From Candidatus Poribacteria bacterium (GTDB taxonomy: Bacteria; Poribacteria; WGA-4E; PCPOR2b): DNA of 64,000 nt. The notes beneath the pieces were generated by a model. The model searched no databases. It saw nothing but the letters and a program-made list of their open reading frames with translations, and was not told the origin of the DNA. Location: assembly GCA_965218095.1 (NCBI GenBank), contig OZ244587.1:3552001-3616000 (forward strand), in the 5' to 3' direction. The position numbers and the translations under genes are program-made. Shown here piece after piece: positions 20,314 to 31,365 of this stretch (the first letter of the stretch is position 1; each line of letters starts with the position of its first letter).

Positions 20314-21492
20314 TCATCTGTGTTCTGTATCTGCAACGTCGGGAACAAGCCGTCCATACTGTTTCATAACTGCCTGCAATCGATCCAAAGGAATTGCGTG
20401 AATCGTGCGCCCACCTCTGCCAACGGTCGTCACCCCTGCTGTTATGGAGTTAATGATCGCCTCCTCCGTCGCTTCAATAACGGCCTGGTAGAGGGCATCC
20501 ATCCGATGATTGGCAAGCATCGTGACGGAAAATGTCCCATCTGTTGTCCGACGAGGAATCGTGTTGGCTGTCGAAAAAGCGATTACGAATTCGCCGCTGC
20601 TAACGGTACTTGGTGTGCCGGTGTGGGCAAGTCCATGTGTTGCACGTTTGGCGAGTTGCATCAGTTGACGATGCACCAGAGGCGCGTCCGTCGCGACGAC
20701 GATGATAAACGAACCGTCTCGACCCTGCTCCGACGTGAGCGCTGTAATTTCTCTGCCGACAGGCGCCCCATCAATCCGCAGTTGATGGCGGCGCCCCCCG
20801 TTGGAATTGACGAGCACACCCACCGTGTATCTCCCTTGATCTGCAGGTAACACCCGCGACGCCGTGCCGATGCCAGCCTTGAACCCATAGCACCGCATCC
20901 CCGTGCCTGCCCCAACACATCCCTCCGCAACAGGGCCATCAGTCGTTTTTTCAATCGCTTCAATTGCGTGCTCTGCGGTGACATGAAGCCCGCTGATGTC
21001 GTTGAGTCCACCATCATAGCACTCTGCAACGATTGGCAGAATGACGTGGTCATCCGGATAGCGTTTGATCATGTACCGCACAACCCCATCATGGACGGCT
21101 CCAACGCTGAGTGTATTCGTCAGCATAATCGGGGACTCGATCCATCCGGCTTCGTTAGCCCATGTGAGCCCTGTCACCTCGCCATTGCCATTAATAGTAT
21201 AGCCCGCCCCAAACAGCTTATGCGTCCAAATATCGTCACGCGGAATAACGGCGGTGACGCCTGTCCGCACACTATCACCGTAGTTCAGCGTGATATGACC
21301 GACCTTTACTCCAGCGACATCGGTAATCGCATTGTTCTTGCCGGGTTCGTAGATGCCGATTTGTATTCCAAGCTCTCGCGCCCGTGCCCTGCCTTCAGGG
21401 ACCGCAGCATTCTCGTCAGCAGTTCCACTGGCCGGGGTGAGGATTAAGCAGATGAGTAAGCGTAAACATAATTCGTTTTTCCGTTTTCTCAT
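20314..21492 (-). CDS. DmpA/P1-family aminopeptidase with signal peptide
   Basis: NAITDVAGVKVGH, RTGVTAV, NGNGEVTG, TNTLSVG, EGCVGAGTGM, DGSFIIVVATDAP, EATEEAIIN. Confidence 0.88.
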   Translation of the reverse strand: MRKRKNELCLRLLICLILTPASGTADENAAVPEGRARARELGIQIGIYEPGKNNAITDVAGVKVGHITLNYGDSVRTGVTAVIPRDDIWTHKLFGAGYTINGNGEVTGLTWANEAGWIESPIMLTNTLSVGAVHDGVVRYMIKRYPDDHVILPIVAECYDGGLNDISGLHVTAEHAIEAIEKTTDGPVAEGCVGAGTGMRCYGFKAGIGTASRVLPADQGRYTVGVLVNSNGGRRHQLRIDGAPVGREITALTSEQGRDGSFIIVVATDAPLVHRQLMQLAKRATHGLAHTGTPSTVSSGEFVIAFSTANTIPRRTTDGTFSVTMLANHRMDALYQAVIEATEEAIINSITAGVTTVGRGGRTIHAIPLDRLQAVMKQYGRLVPDVADTEHR

Positions 21493-21691
21493 GTCTACAC
21501 GCCCTCGGATCGCCGAACAAGTATCAGCCATCATGTTGATTATACCGCCATAGGTCATAGCTTACACGACGATGACTTTGCATCCCCGATAAATCGGGGT
21601 CTGGGACTCTCGCCCTGACAGATCGGGATAAACTGCGCGGAGATGCGAATGCCGAAAGCGTCATTTATGCCCTTTCGCAGTATAAATACAC

Positions 21692-21829
21692 AGGACCTAC
21701 GCAATTGCATAAGTTGATTAACCCACAATCTCTTGTGTCCCCTGTATCTTGAATCTTGCATCAGATTCAGGAGTCATGATTCAAGATTCTGTAAAACTGC
21801 ATGTTCTGCATATCAACTGCGTAAGTCCT
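21692..21829. mobile_element. MITE-like element with AGGAC(C/T)TACGCA termini
   Basis: AGGACCTACGCAATTG ... CAACTGCGTAAGTCCT; solo ends of the same motif at 17027-17043, 20259-20270 and a variant at 28000-28013. Confidence 0.65.
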
Positions 21830-21854
21830 AAATACTAAAGTTTGAACTATCATT

Positions 21855-22904
21855 ACGACTTGTGCTAGTTAAAAGGCAAAGGAAGTGCTATCCTTTGAGA
21901 GAAGTTACTTATCTCGAATGAAAGAGAGGAAGCATTTCAATGGAGTTATGTCAAAAGCGGAGTGCCGCTTTCGCACAAGAAGGAATCACGTCGCTGAATC
22001 TCGAAGACTTGCTGAGTGTGAGTTTCATTGTTATTGATGATTTGTATGAACACCATTTCCCCGATGGAATGCCCCATCGGGGTGTCCCCAATAGCAACCT
22101 AGCCGACAGTGAAGTAATAACCATCGCTTGGGTCGGTGAGATGGTTAGCATTGATAGTCAACGGGTTGGTATAACCTTGTCAAAAAGGAGTTCTGCCATC
22201 TATTTCCGCATTTACCTGAGTGAACTCGATTTAATCGTCGGCGTCGTAATCTGTCGGGAGTAAGTGGAAAACTTAGACAAGCACTCAACGATGAACTTCC
22301 GTTAAACGACATCTTCATTGTTGATAGCTTGCCTGTCCCCCTCCGTGACTTTAAGCGTGCGCATTCTTCCACATCGCCTCTCAAGTGTCAGGACCTACGG
22401 GTATTGTGAAACTAAAAGATTGGGTACATTCTTAGGATTTCGCGTTCATCTAATCATCAAGGCGTACCCCTCGCTTTTTCCGTACCCAATGCCAATGTTG
22501 ATGAGCGGGAGGTACTTTCGACGATGTGTGAAACAGGCGATTATCCCCTGATAATTGGAGACAAAGGTTACATTTCAGACCCATTGAGTGAGATGCTCCT
22601 TGAGTTGGATGGGATTCGCTTATTCGCTATCAAGCGTGAGAATCAGAAGTCACAACATACGCCACAACTCCGGCGGAATCTCAATTGGATTCGGAGATGA
22701 ATTGAAACTACCATCAATCAACTCAATGACCAGTTTCATCTCTGTCGAATCAGAGCGCGTTATCATTGGGACATGTTGACCCGAATTATTGATAAGCTAG
22801 CAGGGTTCAGCTTAGCAGTTTTGCTCAACCGCAGTCTAGGACGACCGCTTATGGAAATCAAAGACTTAGTTTTCGCATAGCCTATATCAACTAGCACAAG
22901 TCGT
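21855..22904 (+). mobile_element. IS982-family element with frameshifted transposase
   Basis: Perfect 16-bp TIR ACGACTTGTGCTAGTT / AACTAGCACAAGTCGT; fragments LADSEVITIA, IVDSLPVP, IGDKGY, IETTINQL spread over several frames. Confidence 0.85.
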
Positions 22905-23188
22905 CAGTGTACTAAAGTGTCTAAAGTGAGAAGAGACTTTGCTTGGAGCCATCTGCGGTATCGATGGTAACAGATTGGTCAGACAAATCCCCAAAATCAG
23001 ACCCCTGCATTCCTCCGACAATTGGGGAGAATTTTGTGTGAGTCGAGAGATTTTATGAACTCTGATTAAAATCCACAACTCTTGCTATTACTGATTTTGG
23101 TGAGGGTAAAATTGTCCAAAGCTTAGGATAATAGCAAAAGCCAAAATAATCCCGAATATTATCATGCCAATTTCCCCGATAATTAATC

Positions 23189-24286
23189 GAGGGTGGTTCA
23201 TAATTAAATTTAACGAAATAGAATAATGATGTGGGTCACATTTCTCAAAGGTAACCTCCAGATGGAATTCATCAACATCGCCAGTTGCAGCAGCATCACA
23301 CCTAGTACCAAAAAGGTGACCCCATTCGCTTTGCCACTGACCGGCAGTTGCTTGTGGTTACTGGGTGTCGATAACAGCATCTTCAGCAAATCAAATATTG
23401 GCTCGATAGCCACCTAGCGTTGGCTCTGGTAGGCTTGCAACTCAGGTAGATTGAGATATTCAACGTAACGACTCCCTTTGTCACCGATTGCCCCAATCAC
23501 CGGGGTGATTAGCAACACCCCCGCTTGTGCCAATGCCTCGGTTCGCCTCAAGTCGGTGTACCCGGCATCGGCAACCAGATACCTGATATTCCGTTGAAGA
23601 AGTAGCACCGTTGTTTGGTCGAGAACTGCTTTTTCACTCACTGACGCCGTATCGGCTATACCCATTATTGGAAATCCGTATGCGGTCACGGTGGTATGAA
23701 GTCCATAGCCGTAAACCCACCCGTGATACCCGCTCTTAGACCACGTGGCATCTCGGTCGAGATTTCTCACCCTCTCTGGCACTCGGTTTTGTTCTCGGTC
23801 TTTGTGGTGCCAAACAGGCCCTTTTAAACAAGTTCTTATCTTGATAAACCACTTCTCGGCTAAAGTCGTTCCCCAGAGGCGTCGCCCAATCCCCAAGGAA
23901 AGTGATAAATTCGGCGAGTTTGGGGGAAAGGGCTTTGTATCGCCGCAAAAGGGTCATCCGAGACGGGATTTTTTTGAGCTTGAGTGTGCAAAGCGCCAGC
24001 GGGTGGGCAATAAGCCACCGGTGTTGGACTCGAAATTCATTAAGTCCCTTGAGCGTCATGATGGCAAAAAAGACAATCAATGAGGCATCGGTATAGGCTT
24101 TGGAGCGCCCGGGCTTGTTGGGTTGCTTCGAGTCGGTTGCCACCTCAAAATCTTGTAGCCTTTGAAACAGAAATTGGATATAATCTGATTCGTCAGGATA
24201 ACACATGTTAATCTCCTTTGATTTAGATTAGACTCTATCAAAGGATAACCGTTATCCTGACTCAATTGCAATTATGTTCCACCCTC
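23189..24286 (-). mobile_element. DDE insertion sequence (family uncertain), transposase pseudogene
   Basis: TIR GAGGGTGGTTCATAATT / AATTATGTTCCACCCTC (2 mismatches), flanks AATTAATC / AATTAATT. Transposase 23210-24206 has a frameshift and a TAG; DATWSKSGYHGWVYGYGLH motif shared with 58958-59968. Confidence 0.85.
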
Positions 24287-24749
24287 AATTAATTCATGCA
24301 CCTCCATTGGTACTTCTCCTTTCTCATGTCTCATGCCGCCCGGCTCTCCCGCAATTCGTGTGAAAACTGTCCAGATTGGATTTCAACCACGAAGACACAG
24401 AAGAATATCTGCATTATAGCACGTCTGCCTGAAAAACAGAAGAAAAAAGATGCCAGAGTGGAGATAGACCAGATTCTCGTTTTCATCGTATCTCCTTGCA
24501 GGCTAAATAATCCCACGCAAATTCTTTTCACTTTCAACAATCTGCCAAGCCCCGATGGATTGGGATTCAAAGCAACCTACGCTCGATGCAATCGGGGTGA
24601 CACGAGGGGGCGAGCCAGTGCGATTGAGTCCGACGACTTAATCGAGCCACCGCACCATTTGTCGGCGATTGTTAAGAAACTACCCGCAATTTTGTTCTCG
24701 ACCAAAGTGTCTGTACTTACCAACCGCATGTTCTGCTTGTTCTTGTCAA

Positions 24750-25000
24750 TACGTTGTGCAGATACTCAACAACGACGGCACCCATCATAATGTTCATACC
24801 TTCTGCACGAAAAATCCGCTGGTGAATCTCCTGCACCCGCAATCGAAAAAGAAACTGATGATGCGCTTCGCGGCGCCGGAACGGGTTTCGGTTCGATGCG
24901 ATATCCATGGCTGGATGCACAGTTGGATTATCGCCGTTGATCACCCTTACCATGCGGTGACGAATACAGAGGGGGAATTCACCACCATCGGGGTCCCAAC
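24750..25000 (+). pseudogene. Fragment of a cupredoxin-like/carboxypeptidase regulatory-like protein; boundaries approximate
   Basis: ILNNDGTHHNVH...VRCDIHGWMHSWIIAVDHPYHAVTNTEGEF. Confidence 0.6.
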
Positions 25001-25384
25001 ACTATCCGTGCCACTAGAAACTGTCAAAGTTGGAGGTATACACAGAAATGCCAAGACCATGCGCTCGACCGCCCAACAGCATTCGCAAACGAATGGCAAT
25101 TCGTGAAATTGATCATGGGAGCGAACGCGCCGTACGAACATATCGCCATGGATGGAGATGATGACACGCACCCCATGCTTTGTCCGGAGTGTGGTGAAAG
25201 GCTAACCGCCATTACCGAAAACACTACAATGTGTTTGAAATGCGCAGCAATCACAGAATGATTGGAGACGTAATTTCAGATCCAATTTGGAGCGAGCCCG
25301 AAAACTACGCTACCCCTCACACGAGAGAACCACCAAGCATGAAACTCGCTATAGTCCTATCGCTTTATCAATCTCGCAACGCGA

Positions 25385-26530
25385 TCAACGCAAGCTTTGC
25401 CGATACACACACCCACCCTTGACAACTGTGATGGGTACAAGGTTCTGCTTGCCGATACGCGCTTCACCATGCGAATCCACGAGTTGGAATTCACCTTCGT
25501 GGAGTTCGGAGATAATCGCATCTCCCCAGGCACCAGCAGCTAGCGTGCCAATTTTGTCCGGCATCAGAATCACCTGCGCGGGGACGGCGGTGACCTTCGC
25601 AATCGCATCGTCCAGCGACATGCCGAGATGAAGGAACTTGGTCACGACGTTTGCCAGGTCGTAGACGGGACCGTTGACGTTGTAAATGTGCAGGTCTGAT
25701 GAAATGGTTTGCGGTGCGACGCCTTGCGCCATCGCACGTTCAACGATATTCCAGGAAAACGACCCGGCGCCGTGTCCAACATCGAAGATGACGCCGCGCT
25801 CCATCGCTTCATGTACGGACTTGCGCACCTTCCCGTCGTCGTCCAAGATGCCACATGCACTTGCATGGAAACAGTGTGTCATGATGTCACGCTCACTCAT
25901 GACGGCCAAGATGTCGTCGATCGAATCGCACCAGGCGCTTTGTGGGTGTACCATGATGGGTAAGCCTGCCGCATCAGCTGCTTCACGCGCGTGGTGCAGC
26001 GGGATCATCCCCGATCGCTCGCTGACAATACTGTGCTTCGTCAGCCGCACCTTCACCCCCAAAATCACATCGCGGTGCTTTTCAATCATCTGGCACGCCT
26101 TGCTCACATCGGCGTATTCGGGCATTTCAAACTCGCCAATCTCCTGGGTCAGCATCCCCTGCGACGAGATGTTGAGTTGCGCCAGGATGCGCGTTTCACT
26201 GACGTCAATCACGTACTTCCGAAAGCCCGGAAAAATGTCCGCGCCCGCCGACCCTGCATCAACCACCGTCGTCGCACCCTTTGCCAAGCAGGTGGGGTCG
26301 GGTTCGATACCGTAATGACCGACACCGTAGAACACATGAACGTGCAAATCAATCATGCCTGGCGTGACAAGGCATCCAGTAGCGTCCAATACCGCGCGTG
26401 CGTCCGTCTTCGGCAAATCGTTACCAACTTCGGCGACAACACCGTCTGTGAATGCCACGTCTTTGTTTGCGTGGATACTTTGTGCGGGGTCAATCAGTGT
26501 CCCACCTTTGATCAGCAGATCGTAAGCCAT
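25385..26530 (-). CDS. Amidohydrolase/deacetylase family metallohydrolase (dihydroorotase-like)
   Basis: PGMIDLHVH, TTVVDAGSAG, GVKVR, IMVH, THCFH, FDVGHGAGSF, ISSDLH. Confidence 0.9.
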   Translation of the reverse strand: MAYDLLIKGGTLIDPAQSIHANKDVAFTDGVVAEVGNDLPKTDARAVLDATGCLVTPGMIDLHVHVFYGVGHYGIEPDPTCLAKGATTVVDAGSAGADIFPGFRKYVIDVSETRILAQLNISSQGMLTQEIGEFEMPEYADVSKACQMIEKHRDVILGVKVRLTKHSIVSERSGMIPLHHAREAADAAGLPIMVHPQSAWCDSIDDILAVMSERDIMTHCFHASACGILDDDGKVRKSVHEAMERGVIFDVGHGAGSFSWNIVERAMAQGVAPQTISSDLHIYNVNGPVYDLANVVTKFLHLGMSLDDAIAKVTAVPAQVILMPDKIGTLAAGAWGDAIISELHEGEFQLVDSHGEARIGKQNLVPITVVKGGCVYRQSLR

Positions 26531-26550
26531 GTTGTAACCTCCAATATTCG

Positions 26551-27670
26551 TTAACCTTCCGCAGGTGCTGAACCTTCGAAAGGTTTGGAAATCAAAAGAC
26601 AGGGCGTACCTGTGTATAAATTCAAACTGTGTGGTACGGGAACAAACTCGTCACGTTTGAGCACACGCCAATGCGTTTGTCCAAACTGTGTGTTACGCAT
26701 AAATTTGCGAATTCCCTCTGCGATGTCGGCGTACTGTTCCGGCGTTTCGTCCGCTAGAACTTCATCTCCTATTGACGCCTACACACAGAGATGAACATGC
26801 GGAGTACCCGCATGATATGCTGTAAACGTCAGCCCCTGCGATGCAAGTGCTTTCCCCACTTCGGTTGCCACTTCAGAGGCGACAGCTTCCTGAGCATGTC
26901 CATCCACCGCTACCACCAGATTGTACCCGACTGGAAACCGTGATGTCCAGCTCATATTGAGCAACAGATATCAGGAACGCAGGATATTCGTATGCGCCCA
27001 GTAACTTATGGTGAAAGACGGCCAATGGGTATATGTCTTCAGGGCGTTGCAGTTGAAACTGGGCCCAGAACCGAAGTCGTCTCGTCTTGGATGTCTGAAA
27101 GATCCGCTGTTGCACTTCGCTTTTGGCCATGTCTTCCGCTGTGCGAAGTTTCGACAGGGATTCCTTGAGCCCATCGCGCTCCAAGAACGATTCACACCAT
27201 ATCCACTTCTCTTGCGCGGTCGTTAGCATCCCCTGGTAATCTTCCGCGCCAACCAACGGCTCGGTTGTCCGTGACACGGCGACCGGAGGTTTCTCACCTG
27301 TTGGCGTCGGCTTCCGCCCGGTGCCGCGCTTCCTGGCCTCCCGCTCCGCGCGTCTCTTCGCCTGCTCTCGTCGTTCAGCGGTTTCCTCCTTGAGCATGAT
27401 GTGATAGCGCCGCGATGTGAATTCCAGAAACTCGCGCATTCGATTGGGTGCATCCTCTGAGGGCGGCCTCCACTAATCATCAAGTACCTGAACCCGGTGG
27501 ACTTCCGCATCTCTCCACGAGAATTGTTCAAATGCGTCCATCTCCATCGGCACGCTGACCCGTCCCGTACGCTCATTCAGCGAATATGGAAGGCGCAAGA
27601 AATAGGTGCTCTGGAGGAAGTACCGATCCAGTCTGTCGGAATGCTTCACAATTTTCTGCACGTAATCCAT
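26551..27670 (-). pseudogene. Degraded protein with two archaeo-eukaryotic primase (AEP)-like C-terminal motifs
   Basis: FLRLPYSLNERTGRVSVP (27473-27670) and FVPVPHSLNLYTGTPCLL (~26600-26650); in-frame TAGs at 27473 and 26779 and a frameshift near 26965. Confidence 0.45.
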
Positions 27671-27747
27671 TAACTGTCCCCGGACATTGCCGGGGGCGTT
27701 GAACTGTTTCCGTAGAACTCATTGCGGGTAGTTTCTTGGCAGTCTAA

Positions 27748-27810
27748 TAGAGCGCAGCGAAGAATCTCCTCGTTAAGGTGCTAGAGATCCTTCACTTCGT
27801 TGAGGATGAT
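27748..27810. repeat. GAGCGCAGCGAAGAATCT...AGATCCTTCACTTCGTTGAGGATGA palindromic repeat
   Basis: Related imperfect palindromes at ~46585-46668 and ~52105-52172. Confidence 0.55.
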
Positions 27811-27883
27811 GGGAGAAGAGCGCGTCTTACTTGCTATAAGTTCTATTATATAGTTGAGGGTTCTTGAGAAACAAGTTTTTCCA

Positions 27884-27912
27884 TTGCAAGGTTTGGTGAG
27901 GTATGCTATAAT
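27884..27912 (+). promoter_or_regulatory. sigma70-type promoter with extended -10
   Basis: TTGCAA-N17-TATAAT with TGn preceding the -10. Confidence 0.6.
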
Positions 27913-27939
27913 GTGGCAGTTATTGGTCAACCTGAGAGT

Positions 27940-27970
27940 AGCCGCTTGAGTTGTCTTGAGCGGCTTTTAT
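27940..27970 (+). terminator. Intrinsic terminator-like hairpin
   Basis: AGCCGCTTGAG-TTGT-CTTGAGCGGCT followed by TTTAT. Confidence 0.5.
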
Positions 27971-28202
27971 TATAATAGCCTTTGACGGGAATTACGACAC
28001 AGGAGTTACGCACGGTTTGATGTTCCCTCGCTATGACTAAATTTCGCACTCAATTTCGGTCATAGTCAGTATTTGCCGTGATTTCGTAATTCCGATAGTG
28101 GATTCTCATCTGGTTACGGAGGAAATGCCTTACCTCCTTTGAATTTCAGGTCTGTCAAGGATGCCAGCAAATTGGTAACCGACTTAAATACAGGGAAGAA
28201 GA

Positions 28203-28808
28203 ATGAATTTGCAAGATATTTCCCTAGGGCGCCATGCACCTTCAATTATCAACGTTGTCATTGAGGCGCCAAAGGGTAGTAAGAAGAAATACCGTTACCA
28301 TGCGAAAAGTGGTAGATTTCGGTTAGCCTATGAGTTCAGTATGCCAGTGCCAACAGAATATGGCTGGATTCCGGAAACAACCGCTGAAGATGGACATTTC
28401 CTGAATGCGATGGTGATTGCTCGTAATTCGAGTCACCCCGGCTACGTCTGTGAGGCGCGCCCCATCGGCATACTGAAACGTAAAGACAGAGATCATCACG
28501 TCATCTGTGTTTTATTGGGCGATGAGCGCTACGCCTCTGTTAAGGATATTTCTGATCTGGACGTTAAGTTGCTCAAAAAAATCGTGCAGTTTTTTGAACC
28601 CTACTTTGAATTATCCGGTTGGCTCAATCACACCGAGACTGTTGAGGTGATTACAGGCGCACACGAAAAATACATTGCTAAACGTAAGCCCCATGACGCT
28701 GAAGATTTTGATGAAAACCTTGAAGAAGCTAACGAGGTAGAGGAGAACTCTGAGTGGGACGACGAGTATGATCAAGGGGAGGAGGAAGATGCCAATTCCA
28801 ACAATTGA
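28203..28808 (+). CDS. Family I inorganic pyrophosphatase-like protein with degenerate active site and acidic tail
   Basis: INVVIEAPKGS, KY, YGWIPET, ARPIGIL, FFEPY framework; the DGDPLD motif reads DGHFLN. Confidence 0.8.
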   Translation: MNLQDISLGRHAPSIINVVIEAPKGSKKKYRYHAKSGRFRLAYEFSMPVPTEYGWIPETTAEDGHFLNAMVIARNSSHPGYVCEARPIGILKRKDRDHHVICVLLGDERYASVKDISDLDVKLLKKIVQFFEPYFELSGWLNHTETVEVITGAHEKYIAKRKPHDAEDFDENLEEANEVEENSEWDDEYDQGEEEDANSNN

Positions 28809-29895
28809 GTGGGTTGATGGCAGAGTCCACTTGATTGATCAAACCCTGCTGCCGAATGAATTCGAGCGGATCTATTGCGACGATGTGGAGAGCGTCTGGG
28901 AGGCGATTAAATCGCTTCGCGTGCGCGGCGCACCGGCGATTGGGATTGCGGGCGCATTGGGCGCGGTGCTTGGGATATGGAAGTCAAAGGCGACAAACTA
29001 CCCTGATTTTGCGGCTGAACTCAAAAAGGTTACGGATTACCTCGCAACCTCGCGTCCGACAGCGGTGAATCTCTTCTGGGCTTTGGATCGCATCAAGAAA
29101 GCAGCGGAGAAGCACAAAGATTTCGAGATTCCGCAGCTCAAGCAGGCACTACTTGATGAAGCGCAAAAAATCATTGAGGAAGATCGGGCGATGTGTCGCG
29201 CCATCGGTCAACACGGATTAGGACTCATTCGTAACGGCGACGCCATTTTGACGCATTGCAATGCCGGGGGACTCGCAACCTCCGACTACGGTACGGCGCT
29301 GGCGGTTATGTTCACCGCACACGAGGCGGGCAAGCATATCAGCGTTTTCGTCGATGAAACACGCCCGCTGTTGCAGGGCGCGCGGTTGACGGCCTGGGAG
29401 CTCATGCAGGCGGGGATTGATGTGACGCTGATCTGTGATAATATGGCAGCCCAGGTGATGAAAGAGGAGAAGATTCAGTGCGTCATTGTCGGGGCCGATC
29501 GGATTGCCGCAAATGGCGACACAGCGAACAAGATTGGAACCTATAACGTGGCAATCCTGGCAAAGGAACACGGGATTCCTTTCTATGTTGCTGCGCCGAC
29601 TTCGACGCTCGACCTCTCCCTTGAAACGGGCGATTTGATCCCAATTGAGCAACGTGGTGCCGAGGAAGTTACGGAAGGCTTCGGCAGCAGGACGGCGCCT
29701 GAAGGAGTCAAAGTTTACAGCCCCGCCTTTGATGTGACCCCCGCCCGGCTCATCACCGCAATCGTAACTGAGAAGATGATCGCTCGGCACCCTTTTGAAA
29801 TTAGCTTAAAGACGTTGGCGAATTGTGGAAAAAACGACGACAGGAGAATCATAACATGCCAGCAATTAGAATCGCCACCGAAGACAAAGATTTAG
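28789..29895 (+). CDS. mtnA: Methylthioribose-1-phosphate isomerase
   Basis: IDQTLLP, VRGAPAIG, SRPTAVNL, THCNAGGLAT, ETRPLLQGARLT, GADRIAANGDTANKIGT, PAFDVTP. Confidence 0.95.
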   Translation: MPIPTIEWVDGRVHLIDQTLLPNEFERIYCDDVESVWEAIKSLRVRGAPAIGIAGALGAVLGIWKSKATNYPDFAAELKKVTDYLATSRPTAVNLFWALDRIKKAAEKHKDFEIPQLKQALLDEAQKIIEEDRAMCRAIGQHGLGLIRNGDAILTHCNAGGLATSDYGTALAVMFTAHEAGKHISVFVDETRPLLQGARLTAWELMQAGIDVTLICDNMAAQVMKEEKIQCVIVGADRIAANGDTANKIGTYNVAILAKEHGIPFYVAAPTSTLDLSLETGDLIPIEQRGAEEVTEGFGSRTAPEGVKVYSPAFDVTPARLITAIVTEKMIARHPFEISLKTLANCGKNDDRRIITCQQLESPPKTKI

Positions 29896-29925
29896 CACAA
29901 AAGGCTTTCCGTCGCACCTCGGCGG

Positions 29926-30638
29926 TCACTTGCGGTTCAATCTGCTTAATCTCCTTGAGCAATTTAAGCTCGCGAGCCCAAACTTTTCGTCTCCCCATGC
30001 CTGTGCCTGGTTGAGCGACGCATCGTCGAGGTCACGCAAAGGCAGCGTGAGTGTATTATTTGCACACTCCAAAGTGACCTCCTCCGTATAATCCGTTCGC
30101 GCCAGCACTTTGATGGCTTCTGCCCTAACTAACATGCCAGCCCGGCCCGCGTGCTCACCGGATTCTCGTCCCCGATCCCCTCAGATTATCAACTTGGGTG
30201 ACGTCACCCGATGCGCCGGCCCCGAAGACGATGACTGCATGATCAGCTCTCATCGCCCGCCGGACGGTTTGTCTCAGATAGTAGATGTAGTCACCGGAAA
30301 AGCCGCTGCCACCGACGCCGAGTGTGGCATGACAACCGTAGTTGACCCAGCAGCCGAGAAATTCACACGATTGATTAACAACGCCGATAACTCCAACCAT
30401 TGGGTCGATAGGTCCTGCGACCCGAGCTATGTCAGGATTGCATTTGCCCGGATGGGTGCGCTCCGATCCATGTTATCGACCGCTTGACCGACAGGGCATT
30501 GATCCCTGCAAGAACAAGCTGAGTATTGCCGTCGTCCAGCACCATTGCATTCGCCAGGAGATCATCATGTATGCCCTGGGACAAGCGTTTGTTAATACCA
30601 CCAGGCATTTCCGTCCTGATTTCTGGCGAATTATACAC
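29926..30638 (-). pseudogene. Fragmented neutral/alkaline ceramidase-like hydrolase
   Basis: GIHDDLLANAMVLDDG, GPIDPMVGV, VNYGCHAT, SGDY, GASGDV in three frames with internal deletions. Confidence 0.6.
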
Positions 30639-30780
30639 TGACCAAATCCTGCCTCAGTTATTTTGAACTTTCCTTTGGGTTTAAGGTTTAACATTTTTGA
30701 CTTTATTTTCCTTCAATTTTACAGTACGGTGTATTATCATTGGTGAAGGATGTCAATTGAATTTCTCAGATTGGAGGAAT

Positions 30781-31119
30781 ATGGTGGAAATTTCCGTTAA
30801 ATATCAAGGGAATAATGCCATTCTCAGGATTTCAGAGGATATACTTGGGGCCGATCGGCTTCAATTAAACGAGAAGGTTCAGGAGCTTGTTGATAATGGA
30901 GCCAAAAATATCGTACTCAATCTGAAGGACGCTGGTTTGATGGATAGTGTTGGATTGGGTATGCTCGTTGCCCTGCACACCGCTTTAAGCCGCAAACAGA
31001 CACGGCTAGTGCTTTCAAATGTTGGCAAGTCTATTGAACACCTGTTGCTGGTAACTAAACTCAATCGTGTGTTTGACCGATACGAGACGGAAGACGAAGC
31101 GTTGGCACATTTGGAATAA
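30781..31119 (+). CDS. STAS-domain anti-sigma factor antagonist
   Basis: IVLNLKDAGLMDSVGLGMLV...TKLNRVF...EDEAL; GGAGG RBS. Confidence 0.9.
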   Translation: MVEISVKYQGNNAILRISEDILGADRLQLNEKVQELVDNGAKNIVLNLKDAGLMDSVGLGMLVALHTALSRKQTRLVLSNVGKSIEHLLLVTKLNRVFDRYETEDEALAHLE

Positions 31120-31220
31120 TAGCGTCATATTGGCAAAAGCCATAGAACGGCACAATGCCATTATGGCATTTCCGGAGTTAATCCAGTCGCCGTGTCCTTT
31201 TCTGACGTGGGTTGCTCTGT

Positions 31221-31236
31221 TGGCATTAATGTTGCT
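31221..31236 (+). promoter_or_regulatory. sigma54 (-24/-12) promoter
   Basis: TGGCATTAATGTTGCT has GG-N10-GC spacing; upstream palindrome TGCCATTATGGCA (~31156-31168) could be an enhancer-binding site. Confidence 0.65.
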
Positions 31237-31365
31237 TTAATCGAACGTGCCGGGCTTTCCCAACTTAACAGAAATTCTGTGTTCAGGGGGAATTTACGAC
31301 GAATCTCCTCAATCATTTCCGACGTTTATCGGGATGTTGGGAGCCGTGAGAAAGGGCGCTTAGAG

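Noticed and set aside
25110-25261. Short CPECG...CLKC zinc-ribbon ORF
   Set aside because: Under 50 aa, no clear RBS, and embedded in a decayed region; cannot be supported.
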